DNA from: an uncultured Bacilli bacterium
GTDB lineage: Bacteria > Bacillota_I > Bacilli_A > RFN20 > CAG-826
Direction of reading: 5' to 3'
DNA: 64,000 bases
Assembly: GCA_944358985.1 (NCBI GenBank)
Contig: CALVSI010000002.1
Span: 51,413-115,412, forward strand
How positions within the stretch are numbered: the stretch's first letter is position 1; each line of letters starts with the position of its first letter. Both the position numbers and the translations under genes were made by a program. Shown in pieces: positions 12,086-20,948 of the stretch. The notes under the pieces were generated by a model that was given only the letters and a program-made list of their open reading frames with translations, searched no databases and was not told where the DNA came from.

Positions 12086-13021
12086 TTACAAACCCAAATT
12101 TTTCCGCTCAGTTTTTTCTATTTTTATATTATACTTTTTTAACAATTCATCTTGTTTTTTAAAATATTTATAAAATAATTTGAAGTATCCTTTTGTGTTT
12201 GCGTTGATATAATAATCAGGTACTGTAAAGTCTTTTTTTATTTTTTCAAAATCATATTTTGGTGTAACTTTCCATGTATCCATGATTCCAAAATCAATTG
12301 CATTGGTAGGACAATTCATGACGCATCTCATACATAGCGAACAATTTTTATTAAACTTTATTTGTCCATTTTTATTAATATAAATTGCGTGTGTAGGACA
12401 AGAATTAAGACATATTTTACATTCATTACAAAGATAGGGCTTAATTTTGCAAAAAGGAGCGTTAATTTTAGGTGCTAACCACTCAATACGTAAAATAAAA
12501 GAAACAAATATATAAAAAAGGTTAAAATGTGGCTTATCAATTTCGCCATTTGCTAACCTTTTAACTAACATATTACAAAGCGGATCTAAATACATATATT
12601 GTTGTTTAACAACTTCATCTTTATAACGAAACATAATGTTATAAGGCATAATAAAATGATGTTCCATTATGTACTCATATTTTTTTCTTTTTAACAAACG
12701 ATACGATTTATAAGACGAGGCACTATTTAAAGCAAAAGGTTCGCCAGAAGTTTTGAAAATAAAATATTTTTTATTGCAAATCGGCAATAATTTTAAAAAT
12801 TTATAAAAAACTTCAGGTGGATTAAAAGCATGAATTGGATAACCAAAACCAATTAAATCATAATCGGAGGGATCAATAATGTTATTGATTTTATTATAAA
12901 AATATTCAAATAAGGTTACGTCCCAGCCTAAAGATTTAAAATGCTCCGCTATATGATAAGCACATAATCTGGTGTTTCCTGTTCCAGAAAAGTAATAAAG
13001 AATAACTTTTTTATTTTTCAT
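12086..13021 (-). CDS. Flavodoxin-like domain fused to a 2x[4Fe-4S] ferredoxin (EFR1-type).
   Basis: 'YYFSGTGNTRL' flavodoxin motif plus two CxxCxxCxxxCP clusters. Confidence 0.7.
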   Translation of the reverse strand: MKNKKVILYYFSGTGNTRLCAYHIAEHFKSLGWDVTLFEYFYNKINNIIDPSDYDLIGFGYPIHAFNPPEVFYKFLKLLPICNKKYFIFKTSGEPFALNSASSYKSYRLLKRKKYEYIMEHHFIMPYNIMFRYKDEVVKQQYMYLDPLCNMLVKRLANGEIDKPHFNLFYIFVSFILRIEWLAPKINAPFCKIKPYLCNECKICLNSCPTHAIYINKNGQIKFNKNCSLCMRCVMNCPTNAIDFGIMDTWKVTPKYDFEKIKKDFTVPDYYINANTKGYFKLFYKYFKKQDELLKKYNIKIEKTERKNLGL

Positions 13022-13023
13022 TA

Positions 13024-14034
13024 TTATTTAAAACTATGATTTGGATAACAAGCATCCATTGTTTCTTCAATAGCTTCTTTTAAACCTCCGCGCGAAACAT
13101 GCAATAAATTATTAACTTCGTCCATGACATTATTTGGTACAACAATTTCATCACTAGACATGATTTCTTTCATGACACGCACTAAATCTAATCCTGGTTC
13201 ATTGCCCATTTTCTTTTCTTTTTTAACAATAGATTTCGCTCCCATGGCACACAAAAACGCTGGTGGGTTAATAATTTTACGCTTTTTCCCAAGAGCATGT
13301 TCCATCATTGTATCAAGCATCCAATTGTAAGTTCTATTTTCATCACCTATTGGATAACATTTACCATCTTCTCCATATAATAAAGCACCAATTGCCGCTT
13401 CTGCAATATGGCTAACAGCGGTCATTGTTGTTGTTCCTTTTGGGAAAAATATAGTTTTTTTACCATATGCAAAACGATCTAAAAATGTTTGTTTCCACAA
13501 TGGTGTTCTTTTTGGCATACTTCCAAAAATATAAGGCAATTGTAATACCACTACTTCCATATTTTCTTTTTCGGCGTTTAAAATTTGAGCTTGTTCCACT
13601 CTTGCACGTATATATGGGTGATATGTAGATAATTTTAATTGAGGATAAATTTCATCAAAATATGCAAAATAAGAATTAAACACGACAGCTTTTTTTACTC
13701 CTGCTTTTCTTGCTGCACGAAAACATTTTGCACAATCAATAACTAAATGTTGATGAAAAAAATCATAACTAGGTGCCTTAGGAGTGTCTCGATCATCTGG
13801 TCCAATAGAATAAACCATATAATCATAACCTTTCATTAAATTGGCTAATTCATCTTCACTAGCTTTAAAAACATCGACAAAATGTGTTTTTATTTCTTTT
13901 GGATACCAACCTTCTAAGTCAATATCATCTAAAGATATGCTAGCAACATCAAAACCTTTCTCTAACGCTAGTAAGGCAGTGTGATAACCTAAAAAACCAG
14001 TCCCGCCCATAATCATTAATTTTTCTTTCGCCAT
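13024..14034 (-). CDS. NAD(P)-dependent epimerase/dehydratase-family (SDR/NmrA-like) oxidoreductase.
   Basis: 'IMGGTGFLGYH' Rossmann motif. 336 aa. Confidence 0.65.
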   Translation of the reverse strand: MAKEKLMIMGGTGFLGYHTALLALEKGFDVASISLDDIDLEGWYPKEIKTHFVDVFKASEDELANLMKGYDYMVYSIGPDDRDTPKAPSYDFFHQHLVIDCAKCFRAARKAGVKKAVVFNSYFAYFDEIYPQLKLSTYHPYIRARVEQAQILNAEKENMEVVVLQLPYIFGSMPKRTPLWKQTFLDRFAYGKKTIFFPKGTTTMTAVSHIAEAAIGALLYGEDGKCYPIGDENRTYNWMLDTMMEHALGKKRKIINPPAFLCAMGAKSIVKKEKKMGNEPGLDLVRVMKEIMSSDEIVVPNNVMDEVNNLLHVSRGGLKEAIEETMDACYPNHSFK

Positions 14035-14132
14035 AAATTATTATCCTTTCAATATTAAACAAACTACTTACATTATACATAGCAGGATAAAAAATTTTCA
14101 ACAAAATAATAAAGAGTGTTGATTAATTTAAA

Positions 14133-14151
14133 AATACGGCGTAGCCGTATT
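14133..14151 (-). terminator. Rho-independent terminator hairpin (8-bp perfect stem, 3-nt loop) directly downstream of the membrane-protein gene.
   Basis: aatacggc-gta-gccgtatt. Flanked by A/T runs on both sides, so it could act in both directions. Confidence 0.6.
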
Positions 14152-14159
14152 ATTTTATA

Positions 14160-14876
14160 TTATTCTTCTTTGTCCTTTACTTGTGCATCCACACTAACTG
14201 TTCGTTTATAATTTTCATCAACATCATTTTTAAAATTATAATCATAAAGAAGTAAGTTTGACAAAAGAAGATAAAAAGAAATACTGCTGAAAGCTTGGAA
14301 AACAAGTGGCCATTGATTGTGCGCTGATTCAAAAAATATTGAATTAACACCAAGTAAGATAATAAATACAACTGCAAAAATAAAACCTAAAATAGCAAAA
14401 ATAGCACCGACTACACCACAAACAAAACCGATAAGTGATAAAGGTTTAATTTTTACAAAGTAAGATAAAATAAACATTACAAATAAAGCAAAAATAAAAA
14501 TAAAACCAAGCAAGTCAAAAATTAAATAAACACCATATGGCCATGATGGCATAATTTCACTATTTAAATTTGCTGAAATATATTCTCCTTGACCGATATT
14601 TACAAACGCTGATGTTCCTGCCGATATCATAATAATATAAAATCCAATATTAAACAGTGTTTTCCTTTTTGTTATTATCCCAAAAATAATAAAAGCAACA
14701 ATTGTTATATTAAAAATAAAATTCAAAAACATTGAAACATCAAATGAATAAATAACCCAATATCCGACACTATAAACAAATCTTGATAAGACATATACAC
14801 CGCTAAAAACCATAATAAAAATAGAAGACAAAGTTTTTAAATGTAATTTTTCAATTATCATATTTATTGTTTTCAT
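14160..14876 (-). CDS. Polytopic membrane protein of unknown function.
   Basis: About 7 predicted TM helices. Start placed at internal ATG (14874-14876) preceded by GGAGGAT; the upstream 48 codons of the track ORF look non-coding. Confidence 0.5.
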   Translation of the reverse strand: MKTINMIIEKLHLKTLSSIFIMVFSGVYVLSRFVYSVGYWVIYSFDVSMFLNFIFNITIVAFIIFGIITKRKTLFNIGFYIIMISAGTSAFVNIGQGEYISANLNSEIMPSWPYGVYLIFDLLGFIFIFALFVMFILSYFVKIKPLSLIGFVCGVVGAIFAILGFIFAVVFIILLGVNSIFFESAHNQWPLVFQAFSSISFYLLLSNLLLYDYNFKNDVDENYKRTVSVDAQVKDKEE

Positions 14877-15005
14877 ACTTAATCGTATCCTCCAAAAATG
14901 ACAACAAATTCTATCTATACATATTATATAGGATTTATGAAACAAATTTAAATAAATTTGAAAATTGGAAACATCCATAAAATTGGACACCAAATAGTGA
15001 TAAAC

Positions 15006-15034
15006 TTGACAAAAAAACAAAATAATAGTTTAAT
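15006..15034 (+). promoter_or_regulatory. Candidate sigma-A-type promoter (TTGACA - 17 nt - TTTAAT) for the sipW operon.
   Basis: Sequence read directly. About 95 nt upstream of the ATG at 15131, which has an AAAGGAGAA RBS. Confidence 0.4.
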
Positions 15035-15130
15035 AAAGGTCAGCAGTGTCAAGGGAGCTTGAATATTTTAATAAAAAATCAAGGTTTCCATTTATTATTG
15101 GCACTTAATTAAAAAGGAGAATTTGAAAAA

Positions 15131-15907
15131 ATGAGCAAATCTTACAAAAAAGCGATAACAGTTGGCGTTGCTGCATTTAGCGCGGTTGCACTCTTAACGA
15201 CAGGTACCGCAGCATTTATTTTGGCAACGGAACAAACTAAAACAACAACTGGAAACGTCACAGTTGGACAAGTAGTTGATAACAACATCGTTTTAAAAGT
15301 CAATGCACCAACAAATGAGATTGTTTTTGATGCATCAAGCGGTGATACAACTGGTAAAGTTCAATGGGATGGAACAGATAGTGAGAATTTAACCACTAAA
15401 GTTACTGGCTATGTCTTACCTCAAGAATTTGCCACTGCTTATGATAGTGGAACTACTAGCTTTGATTCTGATTCACAAAGTGCATTAGCGGCTACTCTTG
15501 CTAACTATGATTTATATTGGACATTAACAATTTCCACTGATGGTGCAGAAGAGACTGGTGATAAAGATGCTTTTGAAGGATTAGTTTCTTACTATACTGG
15601 TAATGCTAGCAGTTCAGAAAAACATACCGCATCTAGCGAAGTTGCAGTATTAGATAGCGGCATTTATTATGGTGCTGATTCTAAAAATGTTTTAACTCCA
15701 AATGAAAATGGTGAATTTGAAATTACTCTTTCATTTACTTGGGGAAGTTTATATGGAAATAAGAATCCGTCTGTTTATTTCGATGAAGACTCTCAAGCAA
15801 ATATAGATCATGCTTCCTTAGTTTCTAGTTTAGAAGCTATGAATACACTTGATGGCATCAATTTTGATATTACCATCTATGCAAAATATAAAGCAGCAGG
15901 AAATTAA
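15131..15907 (+). CDS. TasA/camelysin-like secreted protein with a SipW-cognate-type N-terminal signal.
   Basis: 258 aa (TasA is 261 aa). N-terminal K-rich region plus hydrophobic helix, followed by 'TTGTAAFILATEQ', which resembles the 'GGGTWAAFND' cleavage region of TasA. Sits immediately upstream of the SipW-like peptidase. Confidence 0.6.
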   Translation: MSKSYKKAITVGVAAFSAVALLTTGTAAFILATEQTKTTTGNVTVGQVVDNNIVLKVNAPTNEIVFDASSGDTTGKVQWDGTDSENLTTKVTGYVLPQEFATAYDSGTTSFDSDSQSALAATLANYDLYWTLTISTDGAEETGDKDAFEGLVSYYTGNASSSEKHTASSEVAVLDSGIYYGADSKNVLTPNENGEFEITLSFTWGSLYGNKNPSVYFDEDSQANIDHASLVSSLEAMNTLDGINFDITIYAKYKAAGN

Positions 15908-15965
15908 TTAAGATCATTAATAATTAATTATTTAATTTTTTTAAATAATTCGTTAATATAAGTTC

Positions 15966-16964
15966 ATGACAAACGAGGAAATTTTAACTCTTGTAGTTAC
16001 TTCGTTGTGTGTTGTTTCATTATCTATAGTTTTTACATTGTTTTATGTCCACTACTACAAAAACTCAATTAAAACTATTGATGAAGGACGTAAAGATATT
16101 GAAATTATTGATGATAATATAGACGAACAACTCAAAGCCAAAAGCAAAAAACATAAAATATTTGTTATTGTAATTAAAACAATATCATATTTATTTAGTG
16201 CATTGGTTTTTGGGGTGTTCGTCTTGTCTGTAATTAATCGTATCTCTGGCGGATCAATTGTTGTTGGAAATTCCACTGTCATGGTCGTGGAAACTGGTTC
16301 AATGTCATATAAAAATGAAGTTAACACTTATCTCGAATCACATGACAATCAAATAGCCACTTATTCAATAATTGGTCTTGATAAAGTTGAAGAAAATGAA
16401 TTAAAACTATACGACGTCATCGCATTTAAAAATAATGAAAATGAAATCATAATTCATAGAATTATTGGTATTGAAAATGACCGGTATTTAACACGTGGTG
16501 ACGCAAACGATTCAACGGACCCTTATCGTCCTGTGTTTGAAGATGTTATAGGGGTTTATAATGGGTTCAATATTCCCTACTTAGGAATATTTATAATATT
16601 CCTTCAATCTAATTCTGGTATTGTTACAGTGATTGCTATTCTATATTGCCTAATATTATTTGGAATATTATCAGATAAAATTGAGAGAAAATTAGAAACA
16701 AGAAAAAAAGAACTTCTAGAAGTTATTGACGTTGATATCAACAACAAAAACTTAAATCATGATTTTATAGAACGAATATATTACAAAGGCTATGTATATA
16801 GTTTTAATAACAATAATTTTATTGGAAAAGAAAAAATTAAAGACGATGATATTAATACCCCAAATGAAAAATCTGAGATTATAACAATAATAGAAGATAA
16901 AGATAAAAATCTAACTATAAAAAAAGATAAAATTCATCATGCCGATGAGGAGGAGAAAGTATGA
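15966..16964 (+). CDS. sipW: Signal peptidase I of the archaeal/ER type (SipW-like, S26B), with an extra N-terminal TM hairpin and a charged C-terminal tail.
   Basis: Catalytic 'VVETGSMSY' matches 'SGSMEP', and 'YLTRGDANDSTDP' matches SipW 'ITKGDNNxxxD'. C-terminal TM segment followed by a K/E/D-rich tail. No RBS in front of this ATG, so the start is uncertain. Confidence 0.75.
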   Translation: MTNEEILTLVVTSLCVVSLSIVFTLFYVHYYKNSIKTIDEGRKDIEIIDDNIDEQLKAKSKKHKIFVIVIKTISYLFSALVFGVFVLSVINRISGGSIVVGNSTVMVVETGSMSYKNEVNTYLESHDNQIATYSIIGLDKVEENELKLYDVIAFKNNENEIIIHRIIGIENDRYLTRGDANDSTDPYRPVFEDVIGVYNGFNIPYLGIFIIFLQSNSGIVTVIAILYCLILFGILSDKIERKLETRKKELLEVIDVDINNKNLNHDFIERIYYKGYVYSFNNNNFIGKEKIKDDDINTPNEKSEIITIIEDKDKNLTIKKDKIHHADEEEKV

Positions 16965-18781
16965 AAAAGATCTACTTTACAAGAAAAAATTTAATCGAAC
17001 TAGGATTTGTATTTCTATTTTTTGCATTATTTTTATTTGTTTATGTTTGTGTTGATGGAAACCACACATTTATGGCAAAAGAAAATCCAGTTGAATTAAT
17101 ATATTTAGGTTTTAATTTCCCAAGTGTTGGATTAGGCATAATGGGATATTTAGTTGGACTTTTATTCACTATCTATGGCGTAGTTTATGATGCTGGACTA
17201 ATTTTAATTAGACGATTAGTTAAGTTTAGAAAAGAAAGATTTTGGTCCACAAAATGGGTATTAATAAATATTGGTTGGTTAATACTTTGTTTATTATTGT
17301 CTCTTGGTCTTGGAGCAGGACTTGCCGCGATCATTGAACCAGAAAACGTTTCACTAATAATGATGGCTTTTGGAGGTTCATTACTTATTAGTGTTTTGGT
17401 TTATATCATAGCTGCAATGATAATCGGTGCGGTTTTCTTATTAATTGTTAACTTTAAAAACATTGATAAGCCCTATCGTTTCTTTAATATTGATGAGCAA
17501 GAACAATATGAACAATCAATAGATGAAGAAATAAAACAAGAAGAAGATTCACAAGCTAATATTGAACAGCAATTTGGCGATACACCAATTAATAAAAACA
17601 TATCAAATAACAATATCGTTGGACAAGGTGGTGCTGTTATGAGTGCAACCACGTCCGCTAGTAATGAAATTGTTTTAGGAGATCGAGAAAAAGTATTTCC
17701 ATCTTTATCTAGCATCGATAAAGATTTTTCTGGTTTTGAGGAAAATAACTTAGCGGATATTGATATTAATTTAGACAAATTATGTAACGAATTTAGAAAC
17801 TATCTTTGTAAAGAAGAAAATTTATATTTTGATATTGAAACAATTAGAAGTTTTATTTCCGCGTTAGCGACTTCAAGAATTATTATTTTAGAAGGTTTAT
17901 CTGGTACTGGTAAATCATCACTACCTAGATATTTTTCAAAATTTATTTCTAGCGATTCTACTTTTATCGCAGTTCAAACTACATTTAGAGATAAATCATC
18001 GTTGATTGGTTATTTTAATGATTTTAGTCAAACTTATAATGAAACAGATTTTTTAAAAGCATTGTATAAAGCAAACTATACAAAAGACCATATCAATGTC
18101 ATGGTTTTGGATGAATTTAATATTGCTAGAGTGGAATATTATTTTGCAGATTTTTTAAGCGTATTAGAGTATCCAAAACAAGATTGGAAAATTCGCGTGA
18201 TGAATTTACCATACGAATTTGACGCTCCAACAATGTTGCATGATGGCGTTTTAAAAATCGAAGAAAATACATATTTTGTATGTACAGCAAACAAAGACGA
18301 TTCAACTTATTCTATTTCTGATAAAGTCTATGATAGAGCTATAATTCTTGACTTTGATGATAAAAACGAACCATTTACTGTTAAGGAAGAAGTTAAACCA
18401 ATTCGTTTAGGATATCATCAATTACAAAAATTGTTTAATGATGCATTAAAAGATAAAAACAATCGTCTTACTGATGACGATTTAAAACAATTCAGTGCAA
18501 TTACAAATTATGTATTAGAAAACTTCGATGTTGCTTTTGGTAATCGTATTTTGAACCAAATTAACACATTTGTCCCAGTCTATGTCAAAACAGGCGGAAC
18601 AAAACTTGAAGCATTAGATTTTATGTTTGCGCGTAAGATTTTATATAAGTTGGAAGGACGATTTGAAGATTACGTCAAAAATAATCTTATTACTTTAAAA
18701 CATTTGATTGAAAAAACTTATTCAACAAACGAATTTAAAATATCAAAGCGTATGATTGATCAAATGATTAAGCGTTTATAA
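16961..18781 (+). CDS. Membrane-anchored AAA_5 (McrB/MoxR-type) ATPase.
   Basis: About 5 N-terminal TM helices, an acidic Q/E-rich linker, then Walker A 'LEGLSGTGKSS', 'VQTTFRDKSSLIGYF', Walker B 'VMVLDEFNIARVEYYFADFLSVLE' and sensor 'FVCTANKDDSTYSISDKVYDRA'. These are collinear with E. coli McrB 'IFIIDEINRANLSKVFGE...GLMNTADRS'. GAGGAGGAG RBS. ATGA overlap with sipW. Confidence 0.7.
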   Translation: MKKIYFTRKNLIELGFVFLFFALFLFVYVCVDGNHTFMAKENPVELIYLGFNFPSVGLGIMGYLVGLLFTIYGVVYDAGLILIRRLVKFRKERFWSTKWVLINIGWLILCLLLSLGLGAGLAAIIEPENVSLIMMAFGGSLLISVLVYIIAAMIIGAVFLLIVNFKNIDKPYRFFNIDEQEQYEQSIDEEIKQEEDSQANIEQQFGDTPINKNISNNNIVGQGGAVMSATTSASNEIVLGDREKVFPSLSSIDKDFSGFEENNLADIDINLDKLCNEFRNYLCKEENLYFDIETIRSFISALATSRIIILEGLSGTGKSSLPRYFSKFISSDSTFIAVQTTFRDKSSLIGYFNDFSQTYNETDFLKALYKANYTKDHINVMVLDEFNIARVEYYFADFLSVLEYPKQDWKIRVMNLPYEFDAPTMLHDGVLKIEENTYFVCTANKDDSTYSISDKVYDRAIILDFDDKNEPFTVKEEVKPIRLGYHQLQKLFNDALKDKNNRLTDDDLKQFSAITNYVLENFDVAFGNRILNQINTFVPVYVKTGGTKLEALDFMFARKILYKLEGRFEDYVKNNLITLKHLIEKTYSTNEFKISKRMIDQMIKRL

Positions 18782-18791
18782 TGGAGAGCAT

Positions 18792-20171
18792 ATGCGGCTT
18801 AATAATGTTCAAACGCTTTTAAATACATCTGATGAATTACTTAATGTCTTTGCAAAAGTAGAAACAAAAAAAGATGCATATAAGGCTTTAATTAATCATC
18901 AACTTAAAGACATTACAAAAGATGACTTTAAATTGGACTATGAGTTTTTAGATTCTTTAAACTCTATTTTAAACACTATTTTAAATATATGTAGGAATCA
19001 TTATAAAACTACTAAAAATAATGAGTTAATATTAAGGAGTTCTTTAATTTCTAATTTTGATAATCAAAGTTTTTTTAAAACCATGAAAGACTTTTCTCTT
19101 TGGAAGAAAAAAGATAGTAATATGGTTCCAGAATTTGCATATAGTAACGAATTAGTGGATGATAATAATACTTATGAAAATCGTGTTGTGATGTCATTAG
19201 TTAAACATATTGAACTCATAATAAAAAATTATGATTATTATTATGATAAAAAGATTTTAATATTAGAAAATACGGCATCTAAAAATGACTTTACATATGG
19301 AAGTATGTTTTATAAGCAAAACAAAGCATTGATAAGCAATCTTTTAACAAATAAATATCAAGATTTTATTAAAATTAGTGAATACATCAACAAATTAAAA
19401 AAGAAAATAAAAAAGATTGAAAGCACTCCATTTTATCATTCACTTAAATCTTTCCATCCAATAATTGGAGAGATTATTATGACTAATATTTTCAAAGAAA
19501 ATTTAAATTACAATAAAATATATCGTTTTTATAAATTAACAAATAGTATTATCGATGTTAAAAAAGGAAATATAGCGTTAACAAATTACGTTTTATATTT
19601 GCTAATCCAATCTTTACAAAGATTAGGATATGAATATGTTAATCGTTATCCATACGCTAAATACACTTCATATGGTAAAAATTTAATTGTTTCTGATAAA
19701 ACTTTTTATTTTAAAAATTCTATGTTTAATATATCAATTGAATATGAAGGAGATATAAAAGCCTATATCATTGATATTTCCAATTCAAACAATGAAAATG
19801 ACAATTCCAAGAATTTATTAATACCTTATTACGCTATTAACGGCCAAATAAACATAAATATGTCAAAAATTGATTGTAGTTTGTACAATAATATTATTAT
19901 TTTTGGCTATGATTTTGTTAAAAAATATAAAAATAACGAATATAAGAAGATTAACATATCTCTTAATCAAAAAGATTATGAAATCATAGATGTTCTTTTA
20001 TCATCTTTTACATACACGATTAATGCTTTAAAAGATATATATGAAACGATGTGTCCAATATGCGGAGCACATCAAGTAGAACCAACTTCAAATGATATTG
20101 AATGCATGAATTGTAATAATCACTATTCATTTTTAAATGACAAACTTGTTTGGATTAAATCAATAGTTTAA
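18792..20171 (+). CDS. Partner protein of the AAA_5 ATPase, with a C-terminal zinc ribbon. Possibly McrC/PD-(D/E)xK-like, but this is unproven.
   Basis: 459 aa, no TM. C-terminal 'CPICGAHQVEPTSNDIECMNCNNH'. A possible nuclease-like 'LIVSD...x19...EYEGDIK' motif. Sits in the position where McrC follows McrB. Confidence 0.4.
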   Translation: MRLNNVQTLLNTSDELLNVFAKVETKKDAYKALINHQLKDITKDDFKLDYEFLDSLNSILNTILNICRNHYKTTKNNELILRSSLISNFDNQSFFKTMKDFSLWKKKDSNMVPEFAYSNELVDDNNTYENRVVMSLVKHIELIIKNYDYYYDKKILILENTASKNDFTYGSMFYKQNKALISNLLTNKYQDFIKISEYINKLKKKIKKIESTPFYHSLKSFHPIIGEIIMTNIFKENLNYNKIYRFYKLTNSIIDVKKGNIALTNYVLYLLIQSLQRLGYEYVNRYPYAKYTSYGKNLIVSDKTFYFKNSMFNISIEYEGDIKAYIIDISNSNNENDNSKNLLIPYYAINGQININMSKIDCSLYNNIIIFGYDFVKKYKNNEYKKINISLNQKDYEIIDVLLSSFTYTINALKDIYETMCPICGAHQVEPTSNDIECMNCNNHYSFLNDKLVWIKSIV

Positions 20172-20183
20172 AGGAAAAGTATT

Positions 20184-20948
20184 ATGGAAGAAGAAATTAA
20201 ACAACAAGCAATAGCAATTAAAATTTCTAATTTAAATAAGTCATATGGCAAAAAACAAGTTCTCCATGATTTAAATTTAGAAGTCTATGAAGGAGAATTA
20301 TTTGGTTATGTTGGAAAAAATGGTGTTGGTAAATCCACTACTATTGATTGCTTAATAGGTGCTAAAAAATTTGATAGTGGACAAATTTTAATTAATGGAT
20401 TTGATATTAAAAAAGAATCATATAAAGCTAAAAAACAATTTGGTTATGTCGCTAGCGAACCAACGACATATGAAATGATGACAGGTTATGAATATTTGCA
20501 ATTCATTGGCTCTGTTTATGATATGAACGATGAAACATTCAAAAATAATGTTACTTATTTATCAAACAAATTAGACTTGCCTGATTCTGATTTAAAAATG
20601 GTTATATCTAGTTACTCACATGGTATGAAACAAAAACTTTGCTTGATAGCATCATTATTATCAAATCCAAAAGTGTGGATATTAGATGAACCCACTGTCG
20701 GTTTAGATATTATGGTATTTGAAACATTAAAAGAAATGATGCAAGAATTTGTAAAACATGGCAAAACAATTTTTATCACATCGCATAATATTGATTTAGT
20801 TGCTAAAATTTGTGATCGTGTTGCATTAGTAAATAAGGGTAAAATTCAAAAAATAATAGATTTAAAACAAGATCCTGATAAACGCTATCAGTTAAATAAA
20901 ATCTTTTTAGATATGTATAAGGAGGATAAAGATGATTGCCTTGCTTAA
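20184..20948 (+). CDS. EcsA-like ABC transporter ATP-binding protein.
   Basis: Walker A 'GKNGVGKSTTI'. Atypical signature 'YSHGMKQK', like EcsA 'FSKGMKQK' rather than LSGGQ. Walker B 'ILDEPTVGLD'. Confidence 0.7.
   Translation: MEEEIKQQAIAIKISNLNKSYGKKQVLHDLNLEVYEGELFGYVGKNGVGKSTTIDCLIGAKKFDSGQILINGFDIKKESYKAKKQFGYVASEPTTYEMMTGYEYLQFIGSVYDMNDETFKNNVTYLSNKLDLPDSDLKMVISSYSHGMKQKLCLIASLLSNPKVWILDEPTVGLDIMVFETLKEMMQEFVKHGKTIFITSHNIDLVAKICDRVALVNKGKIQKIIDLKQDPDKRYQLNKIFLDMYKEDKDDCLA

Noticed and set aside
16961-20171. Calling the AAA_5 ATPase and its partner a canonical McrBC type IV restriction system.
   Set aside because: McrB-like core motifs are present. However, the N-terminal DNA-binding domain is replaced by 5 TM helices, the partner's nuclease motif is uncertain, and both are translationally embedded in a secretion-type operon. 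The pair is kept as a hypothesis only.
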